Shown here in pieces: positions 24,385 to 36,423 of a stretch of DNA of 64,000 nt. This DNA comes from Betaproteobacteria bacterium (GTDB lineage Bacteria; Pseudomonadota; Gammaproteobacteria; Burkholderiales; JACQAP01): positions 7,190-71,189 of the forward strand of contig JBDTRK010000001.1 in assembly GCA_039931685.1 (NCBI GenBank), written 5' to 3'. The position numbers and the translations under genes are program-made. Numbering within the stretch: position 1 is the first letter of the stretch; the number at the start of each line of letters is the position of its first letter. Under the pieces are notes generated by a model. That model saw nothing but the letters and a program-made list of their open reading frames with translations, searched no databases and had not been told where the DNA came from.

Positions 24385-25722
24385 TCATTCAATGCCGTCC
24401 AGGATCGCGCGAGTACCGCCGACCAGCATGTCCATCTGGTCGGCCTCGATGATATACGGCGGCATGAAATAGACGGTATTGCCCAGCGGCCGCAGCAACA
24501 AGCCCCGCTTCAACGCCGCGCAATAGAAATTGCGTGCGAATTCCTTATCTTCCGACTCGACGTCGAATGCCCAGATCATGCCGGTGTTACGGAAGTGGCG
24601 GACACGGGGATGCTGAGCGATCTCCCGGCAACGTGCGGACATCTGGGCGGACTTCTGCAGGTTCGTGGCGATCACTTGGTCCTGCTCGAAAATGTCGAGC
24701 ACGCTGAGCGCTGCACGGCAGGCGAGAGCGTTGCCGGTATAGGAATGTGAATGCAGAAAGCCGCGCGCCATTTCGTCGTCGTAAAACGCCTGATAAATGC
24801 GATCGCTTGTCATCGTCACCGACAACGGCAGGTAGCCGCCAGTAATGCCCTTCGACAGGCAGAGGAAGTCGGGTCGGATGCCGGCCTGCTCGCAGGCGAG
24901 GAAACTGCCCGTGCGCCCGAAGCCAACCGCGATTTCATCGGCGATGAGATGTACGCCAAAGCGGTCGCAAAGTAGGCGGGCTTCCCGGAGGTAACGCGAA
25001 TGGTACATCGCCATCGCGCCGGCGGCCTGAACCAGCGGCTCCACGATCAGCGCGGAGATTTGCGCATTATGCGCGACAAGATAATTTTCCAGTGCGACTG
25101 TCGCACGCAGCGCAGCGTCCTCCGCGCTTTCGCCCGGGTGCGCACTACGCCAGTCCGGCGAAGGCAACTGGGTGCTCTGCCCCAGCAGTGCGGCGTAGGT
25201 ATCGCGGAACAAGGGAACGTCCGTGACGGACAAAGCACCCAGTGTTTCGCCGTGATAACCATTCTTGAGACTGACAAACTGTCTCTTTTCCGGGCGCCCG
25301 CTGTTCTTCCAGTAGTGGAAGCTCATCTTCAGCGCAATCTCGATTGCGGATGCGCCGTCGCTGGCGTAAAAACAATGGGACAGTCCGGTTAGCGCCGCCA
25401 ACCGTTCGGATAGCTGCACGACTGGTTCGTGCGTGAAACCCGCCAGAATTACGTGCTCTAGCCGGCCCAGTTGGTCGGTCAGTGCGGCATTGATGCGCGG
25501 GTTGGCGTGTCCGAACAGATTGACCCACCATGAACTGATGGCGTCGAGATAGCGCTTGCCGTCGAAATCGTACAGCCACATGCCGTCGCCGCGCTCGATC
25601 GGCACCAGCGGCATGCCCTCGTGATGTTTCATCTGGGTGCACGGATGCCACACTGCTGCAAGGCTGCGGGAGAGCAAGTCCCGGTTGCGCGAAAGTTGGG
25701 AACTCATGGCAATGCGGGGCAA
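24385..25722 (-). CDS. bioA: Adenosylmethionine-8-amino-7-oxononanoate aminotransferase
   Basis: Class III aminotransferase; the WHPCTQM N-terminal motif is typical of BioA. Has a PLP-lysine region (LSKGITGG). Start could be 25707 instead. Confidence 0.88.
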   Translation of the reverse strand: MPRIAMSSQLSRNRDLLSRSLAAVWHPCTQMKHHEGMPLVPIERGDGMWLYDFDGKRYLDAISSWWVNLFGHANPRINAALTDQLGRLEHVILAGFTHEPVVQLSERLAALTGLSHCFYASDGASAIEIALKMSFHYWKNSGRPEKRQFVSLKNGYHGETLGALSVTDVPLFRDTYAALLGQSTQLPSPDWRSAHPGESAEDAALRATVALENYLVAHNAQISALIVEPLVQAAGAMAMYHSRYLREARLLCDRFGVHLIADEIAVGFGRTGSFLACEQAGIRPDFLCLSKGITGGYLPLSVTMTSDRIYQAFYDDEMARGFLHSHSYTGNALACRAALSVLDIFEQDQVIATNLQKSAQMSARCREIAQHPRVRHFRNTGMIWAFDVESEDKEFARNFYCAALKRGLLLRPLGNTVYFMPPYIIEADQMDMLVGGTRAILDGIE

Positions 25723-25883
25723 AAAGTAGTGTGGCGGGGCATCGCGCGAAGTAGGACACTATTTCCGCAGTGAATCAAGCAGGAGTAGTGGCGATCTGCA
25801 GCCATTGGCTGCGCAAACATGCGCGCATTGTTGCTGCTTTGCCAAGTCGTGGGTAGCCAAATTCTTGCGCAAACGAGCCAAGC

Positions 25884-26510
25884 ATGAACTTGCTGGAGAC
25901 CATTGCTGAGCACATAACCGCCCAACCCTTGCCGCTGTTCGCGATTACCGTAGCCGGCGTACCGTGTCCCCACACGCCGGTGAACGTGACTTTGCATTGG
26001 CACGGTTTCGCCGAGGAGAAACTCATCGAACTGGAAGAACCCGAACCGGTGGCCTTTACCCCGATTCCGAGCCTGGCACTTCCGGTCACCCATCGTTTGA
26101 GCGATTTGACGACACTGGATCGCGCTGCCATGGAAGCGGGCTGGGAGCTTGGCGCCTGGGATGTCGCGCGGGCCGAGCGGGCCGGCTGCGCGCGCCCCGG
26201 CGAAGCGCTCGAATGTCTGCAGGCTCTCGGTTCCCTTCCCTGCGTACTTAACGTAGTCCAGGTATCGATAACGGAATTACCGGATATAGACGATTTGGTC
26301 AGTCTTGCGACCCGCCGCGGTTGCCTGTCGTGGCTCTTCAGACAGGTTCATTGTGGCATTTGGGCACAGACTTCCAACGACGCTACCCTGCCTGCAGACG
26401 GCACGCGAGTCCCACCTTGTCTGCTCGAACCCATCCCGCCGTCCGGCTCGGGCCGCGGCAAAACCGTTTTCTGCGTTGGCACTCCGAAAGCTACTTTGCT
26501 CGCGAACTGA
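25884..26510 (+). CDS. Hypothetical protein (no recognised domain)
   Basis: Longest ORF in a 1-kb gap between bioA and groES. Codon usage resembles its neighbours. No motif recognised and the RBS is weak. Confidence 0.45.
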   Translation: MNLLETIAEHITAQPLPLFAITVAGVPCPHTPVNVTLHWHGFAEEKLIELEEPEPVAFTPIPSLALPVTHRLSDLTTLDRAAMEAGWELGAWDVARAERAGCARPGEALECLQALGSLPCVLNVVQVSITELPDIDDLVSLATRRGCLSWLFRQVHCGIWAQTSNDATLPADGTRVPPCLLEPIPPSGSGRGKTVFCVGTPKATLLAN

Positions 26511-26619
26511 CTATCTTGCGACCTGTCGAGGGTCGTGCCAGTGGACAGGAGCACACTCTTTATGTAAGGGCTCGCTTACATTTAATTTGGCTTTGTCTGG
26601 CCCTCCGGAATAAGCAAAG

Positions 26620-26650
26620 CCCTTGAATTCCAGCCCCTTCGCGCATATTA
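26620..26650 (+). promoter_or_regulatory. Sigma32 (RpoH)-type heat-shock promoter candidate for groESL
   Basis: CCCTTGAA, a 13-nt spacer, then GCGCATATTA. Compare the consensus CCCTTGAA-N13-15-CCCCATNT. Confidence 0.5.
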
Positions 26651-26677
26651 TTAGCACTCTGAAGCATTGAGTGCCAA
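26651..26677 (+). promoter_or_regulatory. CIRCE operator (HrcA binding site)
   Basis: TTAGCACTC-N9-GAGTGCcAA against the consensus TTAGCACTC-N9-GAGTGCTAA (17/18). Lies 44 nt upstream of the groES ATG. Confidence 0.8.
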
Positions 26678-26720
26678 CGAGAGCGTTCGTTCTCGATTAT
26701 CCATAACCAGGAGATTAGCA

Positions 26721-27014
26721 ATGAAAATCCGCCCTTTGCACGACCGTGTAATCGTCAAGCGCCTTGAGGAAGAGCGCAAGACCGCCTCCGGCATCGTCAT
26801 CCCCGATACGGCCGCAGAAAAACCCGACCAGGGCGAGGTGATTGCGGTTGGCAACGGCAAGGTGCTGGAAGACGGCAAGATCCGCCCGCTCGACGTCAAG
26901 AAGGGCGACAAAATCCTGTTCGGCAAATATTCCGGCCAGACCGTTAAGGTTCACGGCGAAGAGCTGCTCGTGATGCGCGAAGAAGACATCATGGGCGTCG
27001 TCGAAGCAGCTTAA
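26721..27014 (+). CDS. groES: Co-chaperonin GroES
   Basis: [14 protein letters not shown] start, 97 aa. The ORF-track start at 26667 runs through CIRCE and is rejected. Confidence 0.97.
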   Translation: MKIRPLHDRVIVKRLEEERKTASGIVIPDTAAEKPDQGEVIAVGNGKVLEDGKIRPLDVKKGDKILFGKYSGQTVKVHGEELLVMREEDIMGVVEAA

Positions 27015-28706
<1,692 letters not shown>

Positions 28707-28730
28707 GAGCTTCGCGCTCCCGCAGGTCGC

Positions 28731-28760
28731 AAAGCCCCGCTTCGGCGGGGCTTTGTTTTT
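28731..28760 (+). terminator. Rho-independent terminator after groEL
   Basis: AAAGCCCCGC-TTCG-GCGGGGCTTT followed by GTTTTT. Confidence 0.8.
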
Positions 28761-28929
28761 GGGGGGAAGGGGGGCAGTCAACGTTTCTTCATCGCAAGGC
28801 GTTCAGATTTGCTGCAAGTGCGGCAAAACATGACGTTGACAATCGCCCAGGCCAGGCAATTACACTGTCGGTCAGACCGCGTCGGCACCCGACTGCCGCG
28901 ACACTACATATAAAAGGGGAGGACGGAAC

Positions 28930-30510
28930 ATGACGACCACCGCAACCAGCGTTCACGACAAGAATCATCCGGATTTCAAGCCGGAGGAGAAGCGGGTCAT
29001 TTTCGCTTCTTCACTTGGTACGGTTTTCGAGTGGTACGACTTTTACTTGTATGGCAGCCTCGCAGTATTTTTTGGCAAGCTTTTTTTCCCGCCGGGAAAC
29101 GATACGGCTGCGCTCCTGGCCAGTCTGGCGACGTTCGGCGCGGGTTTTGCCGTACGTCCTTTCGGCGCCCTGTTGTTTGGCCGGTTCGGCGACATCATTG
29201 GCCGAAAATACACCTTCCTTGTCACCATTGTCATCATGGGCGTCGCAACGGTTCTCACCGGCATGGTGCCCACTTATGCACAGATCGGATGGTGGGCTCC
29301 GGTGCTTCTCGTAATCTTGCGACTGGCGCAGGGGTTGGCGCTCGGTGGCGAATACGGCGGCGCGGCGATCTACGTTGCGGAGCATGCCCCCAATGGACGG
29401 CGTGGCTATGACACAGCCTGGATTCAGACCACGGCCACGCTCGGGATCGTGCTTTCGTTGCTGGTAATTCTAATTTGCCGCCTGAACATGGATCCCGCAG
29501 ATTTTGCGGCGTGGGGGTGGCGGATTCCGTTCTGGTTCTCCGCGATCTTGCTCGGCGTTTCGGTATATATCCGGTTGAAGCTCCAGGAATCGCCTGTATT
29601 TGCGAAGATTAAAGCCGAGGGCAAGACTTCCAAGGCCCCTCTCACGGAGAGTTTCACCAAACCCCAGAATCTCAAGCTGGTGCTGATCGCTCTTTTTGGC
29701 GCGGTCGCCGGAGAGGGCGTGGTCTGGTATACCGGGCAGTACTACGCGCTTTATTTCCTTATTGCCGTGCTCAAGGTCGACTACGTCACCGTCTATACGA
29801 TGATCATGGTGGCGCTGCTGATCGGAACGCCATTCTTCCTCGTATTCGGCGCCCTTTCGGACAGAATCGGCCGCAAGAAAATCATGATGGCCGGATTTTT
29901 GCTGGCCGCTCTGACCTATGTGCCGATATTTAACGCATTCACGCACTTTGCAAACCCGGCGCTGGAGGAGGCGGTCAAGACCAGTCCGGTTTTGATCTAT
30001 GGTCGCGATTGCGGGAAAGCCTGCGATGGAGCGCGTGACTATCTGGCAAAAAGCGGAGTTCCCTACACCCATGTGGAGGCGAAAGCGGGCGAGGAACTGG
30101 TGATGACTGTCGGATCGGCTGAAATCAAAGGTTTTGACGCGGCCGCCTATGCAGAAGCATTGAAAACCGCGAACTATCCGGCCAAGGCCGATCCCGCCCG
30201 CATAAATTACCTGATGATTGTGGTCCTGCTAGTGATCCTGGTGATTTACGTAACGATGGTTTACGGTCCGATCGCCGCGTTCCTGGTGGAATTGTTTCCG
30301 GCCAAAATACGATATTCCTCAATGTCCCTGCCCTACCATATCGGCAACGGTTGGTTCGGTGGATTTGTGCCGTTGATCGCGACTTCGGTTGTTGTCGCAA
30401 CCGGGAATATTTATGCAGGCCTCTATTATCCGATTGGCGTGGCGCTGCTGGCCTTGATCGTCGGATCCTTGTTCATCAAGGAGACCAAGGACAACGACAT
30501 CCACGCCTAG
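28930..30510 (+). CDS. MFS transporter, metabolite:H+ symporter (MHS)-like, with an extra loop domain between TM9 and TM10
   Basis: EWYDFYLYG N-terminal motif, GRFGDIIGRK loop and DRIGRKK loop; 12 predicted TMs. 526 aa against roughly 430-450 for typical MHS members. Confidence 0.85.
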   Translation: MTTTATSVHDKNHPDFKPEEKRVIFASSLGTVFEWYDFYLYGSLAVFFGKLFFPPGNDTAALLASLATFGAGFAVRPFGALLFGRFGDIIGRKYTFLVTIVIMGVATVLTGMVPTYAQIGWWAPVLLVILRLAQGLALGGEYGGAAIYVAEHAPNGRRGYDTAWIQTTATLGIVLSLLVILICRLNMDPADFAAWGWRIPFWFSAILLGVSVYIRLKLQESPVFAKIKAEGKTSKAPLTESFTKPQNLKLVLIALFGAVAGEGVVWYTGQYYALYFLIAVLKVDYVTVYTMIMVALLIGTPFFLVFGALSDRIGRKKIMMAGFLLAALTYVPIFNAFTHFANPALEEAVKTSPVLIYGRDCGKACDGARDYLAKSGVPYTHVEAKAGEELVMTVGSAEIKGFDAAAYAEALKTANYPAKADPARINYLMIVVLLVILVIYVTMVYGPIAAFLVELFPAKIRYSSMSLPYHIGNGWFGGFVPLIATSVVVATGNIYAGLYYPIGVALLALIVGSLFIKETKDNDIHA

Positions 30511-30534
30511 ACCAGGGCATCGGCGGGCCAGAAT

Positions 30535-30567
30535 AAGCCCGGCGCGACGGCGTCGGGCTTACTTTTT
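30535..30567 (+). terminator. Terminator candidate after the MFS gene
   Basis: AAGCCCG-N12-CGGGCTT stem followed by ACTTTTT. Confidence 0.6.
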
Positions 30568-30590
30568 GCCGCATTTTCATGCGCGTGTTG

Positions 30591-30620
30591 TTGGCGAGAC
30601 GTTTTTTTTATCCGTATAAT
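30591..30620 (+). promoter_or_regulatory. Sigma70-type promoter candidate for the tRNA-Phe locus
   Basis: TTGGCG, an 18-nt spacer, then a perfect TATAAT at 30615-30620. About 105 nt upstream of the first tRNA-like segment. Confidence 0.45.
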
Positions 30621-30724
30621 GCGCCACCTTGCAACCCGGCCATCTTTGTAGCGCGTGGTGTCGATGGCTTTGGACTTGCAAGAATCCGTGTTCGACTCCC
30701 AAACGAACCGTAAGGGTGTGTCGG

Positions 30725-30855
<131 letters not shown>

Positions 30856-30901
30856 GAGGTTTTATGGACTGCCCAAGTCCAGATTGTATTTGCAGCACAG
30901 T

Positions 30902-30977
<76 letters not shown>

Positions 30978-31018
30978 CCGATTTCGCCGAGCCCAGCACG
31001 GCAAAATCGCCAAGGGGT

Positions 31019-31039
31019 GATTCCGCCCTTGGCCACCAC
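31019..31039 (+). repeat. 21-bp perfect direct repeat of the tRNA-Phe 3' end (att-like scar)
   Basis: GATTCCGCCCTTGGCCACCAC at 31019-31039 is identical to 30958-30978 (T-loop 3' part through CCA plus 1 nt). The copies are 40 bp apart. Confidence 0.85.
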
Positions 31040-31186
31040 TTAAAAAATCTCCTCCGCATTCCTCACGCACCGGTTCGCGCAACGACGCTTGACAGCGGCG
31101 CGGCCATGCATCGATAGTTGCGCACCTTGCAAGGCCGCTGCCGTTCAAGGCTGCCGACCATAATAAATAACGCAATGGAGGAAAAA

Positions 31187-32176
31187 ATGAAATTCAGCCT
31201 ATCGGTGCTGCTTGCGTTGCTGCTTGTCGCGACCACCGGCGCGACTCGGGCGGCCGACATCAATTTGCGGTTTGGCACGCCTTTCGTGACCAACAGCAAC
31301 CTGCACAAGGCGATGGAGAAATTCGCCGAAGTCGTCGCAAAGGAAAGTGCTGGAAAAATTCGCGTCCAGGTCTATGCCGACAGCCAGATCGGTGACATCC
31401 AGCAGTTGATCGCCGGCATGCAACTCGGCACCGTCGACATGGCCTATCTTGGCGTAGGCAACGCCGGACAGCTCAAGGGCTGCGGGGCGCTCAACGTTTC
31501 CTATCTGCCTTACCTGTTCAAGAGCAAGCGGGCGGCGGAACATACGCTCAACGGCCCGATATTCCAGGAGTTGTACGAGCAGTGTGCGCAATCGGCCGGC
31601 GTACGCATTTTCGCCGTCGGCGGCGATCGCAGCCCACGTGCAATTGTCACCACCAGGGGGCCGATCTTGAAGCCGGCGGATCTCAATGGCATGCGCATGC
31701 GCATTCCACCGATCCCGATTTTTCGCGACACGTTCGAGGCGGTCGGCGTCAAGGTGGTCCCGCTCGGACTCAACGAAGTGTACATGGCCTTGTCACGCGG
31801 CCAAGTGGAAGGACAGGATAACGGCTTCGACCTGACCCTGTCGTTTCGATTTCACGAAGTTTCGAAGTTCTGGTCAGCGACCGATCATTGCTATGACATG
31901 GGCGCCTTTTACGTTTCAGAGCGCAAGTGGAAGACCTTTACGCGCGAGCAGCAGGCGTTGTTCCGACGCGCCGCTGAGGAAGGTGGCAAGCTCGCCACGC
32001 AGCTGGGCGAAGAATTCGACAAGCGCGGACTAGAGGAACTCAAGAAGGCGGGCGTGAACTACGTCGTGCCGGACAAGGCCGCATTCGAGAAGGCCTGGGC
32101 TAACGTCTACAAGAATTACGAAGGAAAGGTCTGGCCCGACGGACTGGTGCAGCGGATCAAGTCAGCGCAGAAGTAA
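31187..32176 (+). CDS. dctP: TRAP transporter substrate-binding protein (DctP family)
   Basis: GGAGGA RBS, signal peptide MKFSLSVLLALLLVATTGATRA, DctP-like body, followed by Q and M subunits. The ORF-track start at 31118 is rejected. Confidence 0.9.
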   Translation: MKFSLSVLLALLLVATTGATRAADINLRFGTPFVTNSNLHKAMEKFAEVVAKESAGKIRVQVYADSQIGDIQQLIAGMQLGTVDMAYLGVGNAGQLKGCGALNVSYLPYLFKSKRAAEHTLNGPIFQELYEQCAQSAGVRIFAVGGDRSPRAIVTTRGPILKPADLNGMRMRIPPIPIFRDTFEAVGVKVVPLGLNEVYMALSRGQVEGQDNGFDLTLSFRFHEVSKFWSATDHCYDMGAFYVSERKWKTFTREQQALFRRAAEEGGKLATQLGEEFDKRGLEELKKAGVNYVVPDKAAFEKAWANVYKNYEGKVWPDGLVQRIKSAQK

Positions 32177-32178
32177 CG

Positions 32179-32688
32179 GTGGTTGATTTTCTGGACAAGG
32201 CGCTGCGCGCCGTCGAACGCGGCCTTGAGTGGCTGATTGCAGCGCTCGTGGTGGCGCTGTTGGTGATCGTGGCTTCCACGTTCGTAGACCGCCATTTCGT
32301 CGCCCTGCCCATGGCGGCGCCAGACTCCTATGCCCGCGTTATTCTGGTCTGGTTGACGTTCATCGGATTTGCCCTTGCGGTCAAGGGTGGGCTCAACATC
32401 CGCGTCGACCTGATCGATTCGCGCCTGCCTTCGACAGTGCGGCGTGTGCTCGAATATGCCTTCGATCTGGTCATGCTGGGTCTGACGGTGATGCTGGGCG
32501 TGAACGGCTGGCGACTGGTGGTGATCGGCCGTGATCAGGAAAGACTGGGCACCATGATGTCCGAAGCCTGGCCGTCCGGCGCGCTTTTCGTTTCCTGCAT
32601 CGTGCTGGTTCTGTTCCTGGTGCTGCGCATTGCCTTGCGCTTTAGCGGTCGGGAATTGCCGCGCCACGTACCGCTCGAGGTCGAGTAG
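32179..32688 (+). CDS. dctQ: TRAP transporter small permease (DctQ family)
   Basis: GTG start 3 nt after the dctP stop. 169 aa, four hydrophobic segments. Confidence 0.85.
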   Translation: MVDFLDKALRAVERGLEWLIAALVVALLVIVASTFVDRHFVALPMAAPDSYARVILVWLTFIGFALAVKGGLNIRVDLIDSRLPSTVRRVLEYAFDLVMLGLTVMLGVNGWRLVVIGRDQERLGTMMSEAWPSGALFVSCIVLVLFLVLRIALRFSGRELPRHVPLEVE

Positions 32689-32691
32689 ATC

Positions 32692-33969
32692 GTGTTGCTC
32701 CTTCTGTTCCTCGCCTTCATGCTGGCATTGCTGGTCGGTTTCGACGTCGGCTTTTCGATGATCCTGTCGGCCTGGCTGGGTGTGGAATACCGCGGCGATG
32801 CAGTCGACTCGGCAATGATGCCGCTGTCGATGATCGCCGGAGTGGATACCTATGCCCTGGTGCAAGTGCCGTTGTTCATCCTGGCCGGCGAGTTGATGAA
32901 CAGAGGTGGCCTGACGATGCGCCTGATCGATTGGGCGCAGGCGATGGTGGGGCGCGTCAAGGGCAGCCTTGGCCACGTCTCGATTCTCACCAATCTGGTC
33001 ATGGCCGGCGTGTCCGGTTCCGCCGTCGCCGATGCCGTCGCGACTGGCAAGCCGCTGATACCTGCCATGAAGCGGGAAAAATATGGCGAGGGTTTTGCCG
33101 GCGCCGTCATCGCGGCGGGTGCATTGCTCGGCCCGATCATTCCCCCATCCATCCCGATGGTGGTTTACGCTCAGTTGTCGAGTCAGTCCGTCGTCAAGCT
33201 ATTCATGGCGGGCATTGTTCCGGGATTGCTGCTGGCGGCAGGGTTCATGGTCGTTTGCTCGCTTGTCGCCCGGATGCGCGATTATCCGAGCCGGGCGCCG
33301 GTTCCATGGCGCGGCAAAGCGACTGCGACGGGGCGCGCCGGATGGGCGCTGCTGATGCCGGTGATTATCATCGGCGGAATCCGCTTTGGCCTGGTGACCG
33401 ATACGGAGGCGGCCGCCGTCGCGGTCATCTATTCGCTCTTCGTCAGCCTGGTCATCTATCGCGGCATCAGCCTGCGCGAACTGCCCAAACTGCTGTTCGA
33501 ATCGGGCCGCTCGACAGCGGTCATCTTATTCCTGCTCGCGGCAGCCGGACCGTTCAGCTGGCTGGTGGCGGAAAGCCAGGTGAGCCAGACCGTCGTCGAT
33601 ACCATCCAGAGCTGGTCCACAAATCCCGTCATCGTTTTGCTGATCATCAACGCCTTCCTGTTGTTGGTCGGTTGCATCATCGAACCTCTTCCGGCGATGA
33701 TCATTTTCCTGCCCGTACTCATCCCGCTCGGCGCGCAGTTGGGGATCGATCCGATTCAGTTCGGTGCCGTCGTGGTCCTGAACCTGATGATCGGCCTCAT
33801 GCACCCGCCAATCGGCTTGTTGCTGTTCGTCGTTTCCAGTGTCGGCAAGATCAGAATCGGCCCGGTGATGTGGGAGATCCTGCCGTTTCTCGCCTGGGCC
33901 ATCCTGGTGCTGATCCTGACGATCGTATTTCCGCCACTGACCCTCTGGCTCCCGGCCCAGATCAGGTAA
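32692..33969 (+). CDS. dctM: TRAP transporter large permease (DctM family)
   Basis: 425-aa polytopic membrane protein, GTG start 4 nt after dctQ. DctM-like motifs ([13 protein letters not shown]). Confidence 0.9.
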   Translation: MLLLLFLAFMLALLVGFDVGFSMILSAWLGVEYRGDAVDSAMMPLSMIAGVDTYALVQVPLFILAGELMNRGGLTMRLIDWAQAMVGRVKGSLGHVSILTNLVMAGVSGSAVADAVATGKPLIPAMKREKYGEGFAGAVIAAGALLGPIIPPSIPMVVYAQLSSQSVVKLFMAGIVPGLLLAAGFMVVCSLVARMRDYPSRAPVPWRGKATATGRAGWALLMPVIIIGGIRFGLVTDTEAAAVAVIYSLFVSLVIYRGISLRELPKLLFESGRSTAVILFLLAAAGPFSWLVAESQVSQTVVDTIQSWSTNPVIVLLIINAFLLLVGCIIEPLPAMIIFLPVLIPLGAQLGIDPIQFGAVVVLNLMIGLMHPPIGLLLFVVSSVGKIRIGPVMWEILPFLAWAILVLILTIVFPPLTLWLPAQIR

Positions 33970-34075
33970 GCGTTCCCCGGCGGACTCCGCCGAATCCACG
34001 GGAAATGCAGGCTTTTGGCTTATAATCAGGGGTCTCGATCGGGGTTGTGTTCCCGCTCGTCAAATGCGGACATCG

Positions 34076-35329
34076 ATGCAGCTCTTCGCCTTCGGCATGA
34101 ACCACCATACCGCCCCGCTCGCGGTGCGCGAGCAGGTGACGTTTAACGCCGAAAATCTGGCGGGAGCGCTCCGCGATCTGGTCAGCCACGATTTGGCGCA
34201 AGAAGCCGCAATAATTTCCACCTGCAATCGCACCGAGGTTTACTGCAGCACTCGCGAGCCGGTTCGGGCCATCGACTGGTTGGCGCGTTTTCATCGCTTG
34301 CAGGGCCAGGCGCTGGAGCCGTTTCTGTATACGCTGCCGCGCGAGCGCGCGGTAACCCATGCTTTCCGCGTGGCCAGCGGACTCGATTCCATGGTGATCG
34401 GCGAACCCCAAATCCTCGGACAAATGAAGGATGCGGTGAAATCCGCAGAGCAGGCAGGCACGCTCGGCACGGTTTTGCACAAGTTGTTCCAGTCGACGTT
34501 TTCGGTGGCAAAGGAGGTGCGCAGCCGCACGGATATCGGCGCCCGGTCGGTATCGATGGCTGCTGCGGCGATCAAAGTGGCTGAACGGATCTATCCAAGC
34601 ATCGCCGAGCAGAAAATATTGTTCGTCGGTGCCGGCGAAATGATCGAATTGTGTGCGACACATTTCGCGGCCAAGGGGCCGCGTGAAATGACTTTTGCCA
34701 ATCGTTCTGTCGAGCGCGGTGAACTGCTGGCGCGAAGATTTCACGGACGCGTGATCACGCTGAATGATTTGCCCGAGCAACTGCCGCTGCACGATATCGT
34801 GGTCACCTGTACGGCGAGTACCCTGCCGATTCTCGGCAAGGGGATGATCGAACGCGCGATCAAGGCGCGCCGGCACCGGCCGATCCTGATGATCGATCTG
34901 GCTGTGCCGCGCGATGTCGAAGCGGAAGTCGCCGAACTCGACGACGTATTCCTCTACAGCGTCGATGATCTCGGCAAGATCGTGCAGGAAGGTCTCGACA
35001 CGCGCCATGCCGCGGTGGCGCAGGCCGAAGCCATCATCGACACCAACGTGCACGCTTTCATGCATTGGCTGGAAAGCCGCAAACTCGTTCCGACCATTCG
35101 CGCCCTGCGCGACCAGGCCGACCGCATGCGTCGCCACGAACTGGACCGGTCCGCGCGCATGCTGGCCAAGGGTGACGACCCCGCCAAAGTGCTTGAACTG
35201 CTATCGCATTCCCTGACCAACAAGTTCCTGCACGCACCGACGCAGGCACTCAACAGCGCGCAGACCGACGAGCGCGATGCGTTGGTTGCCGCGCTGATGC
35301 GCCTCTACGAGATCAATCCGCCGGAATGA
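34076..35329 (+). CDS. hemA: Glutamyl-tRNA reductase
   Basis: [19 protein letters not shown] start, active-site STCNRTE, NADPH motif VGAGEM. Stop overlaps the prfA start. Confidence 0.93.
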   Translation: MQLFAFGMNHHTAPLAVREQVTFNAENLAGALRDLVSHDLAQEAAIISTCNRTEVYCSTREPVRAIDWLARFHRLQGQALEPFLYTLPRERAVTHAFRVASGLDSMVIGEPQILGQMKDAVKSAEQAGTLGTVLHKLFQSTFSVAKEVRSRTDIGARSVSMAAAAIKVAERIYPSIAEQKILFVGAGEMIELCATHFAAKGPREMTFANRSVERGELLARRFHGRVITLNDLPEQLPLHDIVVTCTASTLPILGKGMIERAIKARRHRPILMIDLAVPRDVEAEVAELDDVFLYSVDDLGKIVQEGLDTRHAAVAQAEAIIDTNVHAFMHWLESRKLVPTIRALRDQADRMRRHELDRSARMLAKGDDPAKVLELLSHSLTNKFLHAPTQALNSAQTDERDALVAALMRLYEINPPE

Positions 35330-36423
35330 AGCCGTCCATTGCCTCCAAGCTGGCGCAATTGTCCGCCAGGCTGGAGGAACTCAACGCCTTGCTGTCCAGC
35401 GAGGACGTGACCAGGAACCTGGAAAATTATCGCAAGCTCACGCGCGAGCACGCCGAGATTACCCCCGCGGTCGAGGTATACCACGCATACATGAAATGCG
35501 AGCGTGAGGTCGCGACGGCTCAAGAAATGGCAGGCGATCCGGAGATGCGCGATCTCGCCGAAGCCGAAGTGAGCGAGTGCAAGCGGCGCATGCTCGATCT
35601 CGAGGCGCAACTGCAAAAGCAGCTTCTGCCCAAGGATCCCAGCGACGAGCGCAACATTTTTCTTGAAATTCGCGCTGGCACCGGCGGCGACGAATCCGCC
35701 CTGTTTGCCGGAGACCTTTTCCGGATGTATTTCCGCTACGCCGAGCGACAGGGGTGGAAGGTCGAACTAATTTCGCAGAGTCTGGGTGAGGCGGGCGGGT
35801 ACAAGGAAGTGATCGCCAAAATAGTCGGTTTCGGGGTTTATTCGAATCTGAAATTCGAATCGGGCGGACATCGCGTGCAGCGCGTTCCAGCGACGGAGAC
35901 ACAGGGCCGCATCCATACCAGTGCCTGCACCGTCGCCGTGATGCCGGAAGCGGACGCGGTAGAAGACGTTGTCCTCAATCCCGCCGAATTGCGCATCGAT
36001 ACGTTCCGCGCATCAGGCGCAGGTGGCCAGCATATCAACAAGACCGATTCCGCAGTCCGCGTCACGCATTTGCCCACCGGCATCGTCGTGGAATGCCAGG
36101 ATGACCGCTCCCAGCACAAAAACAAGGCGCAGGCATTGTCCGTGCTGGCGGCGCGAATCAAGGACAAGCAGGTGCGCGAGCAACAGGCAAAACAGGCGGC
36201 GACGCGCAAATCGCTGATCGGCAGTGGCGATCGCTCCGAGCGAATCCGCACCTACAACTTTCCGCAAGGCCGTGTAACCGATCACCGCATCAATCTGACG
36301 CTGTACAAGATCGACCAGATCATGGATGGCGCGCTCGGCGACCTGATCGGTGCCCTGCAGGCTGAGCATCAGACCGAGCTACTTGCGGCAATGGCCGAAG
36401 ATACTTTCGCCGTCCAGGCGTGA
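35326..36423 (+). CDS. prfA: Peptide chain release factor 1
   Basis: GGQ motif ([10 protein letters not shown]) and the RF1-type PAT tripeptide (RVPATE). hemA-prfA-prmC synteny. Confidence 0.97.
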   Translation: MKPSIASKLAQLSARLEELNALLSSEDVTRNLENYRKLTREHAEITPAVEVYHAYMKCEREVATAQEMAGDPEMRDLAEAEVSECKRRMLDLEAQLQKQLLPKDPSDERNIFLEIRAGTGGDESALFAGDLFRMYFRYAERQGWKVELISQSLGEAGGYKEVIAKIVGFGVYSNLKFESGGHRVQRVPATETQGRIHTSACTVAVMPEADAVEDVVLNPAELRIDTFRASGAGGQHINKTDSAVRVTHLPTGIVVECQDDRSQHKNKAQALSVLAARIKDKQVREQQAKQAATRKSLIGSGDRSERIRTYNFPQGRVTDHRINLTLYKIDQIMDGALGDLIGALQAEHQTELLAAMAEDTFAVQA

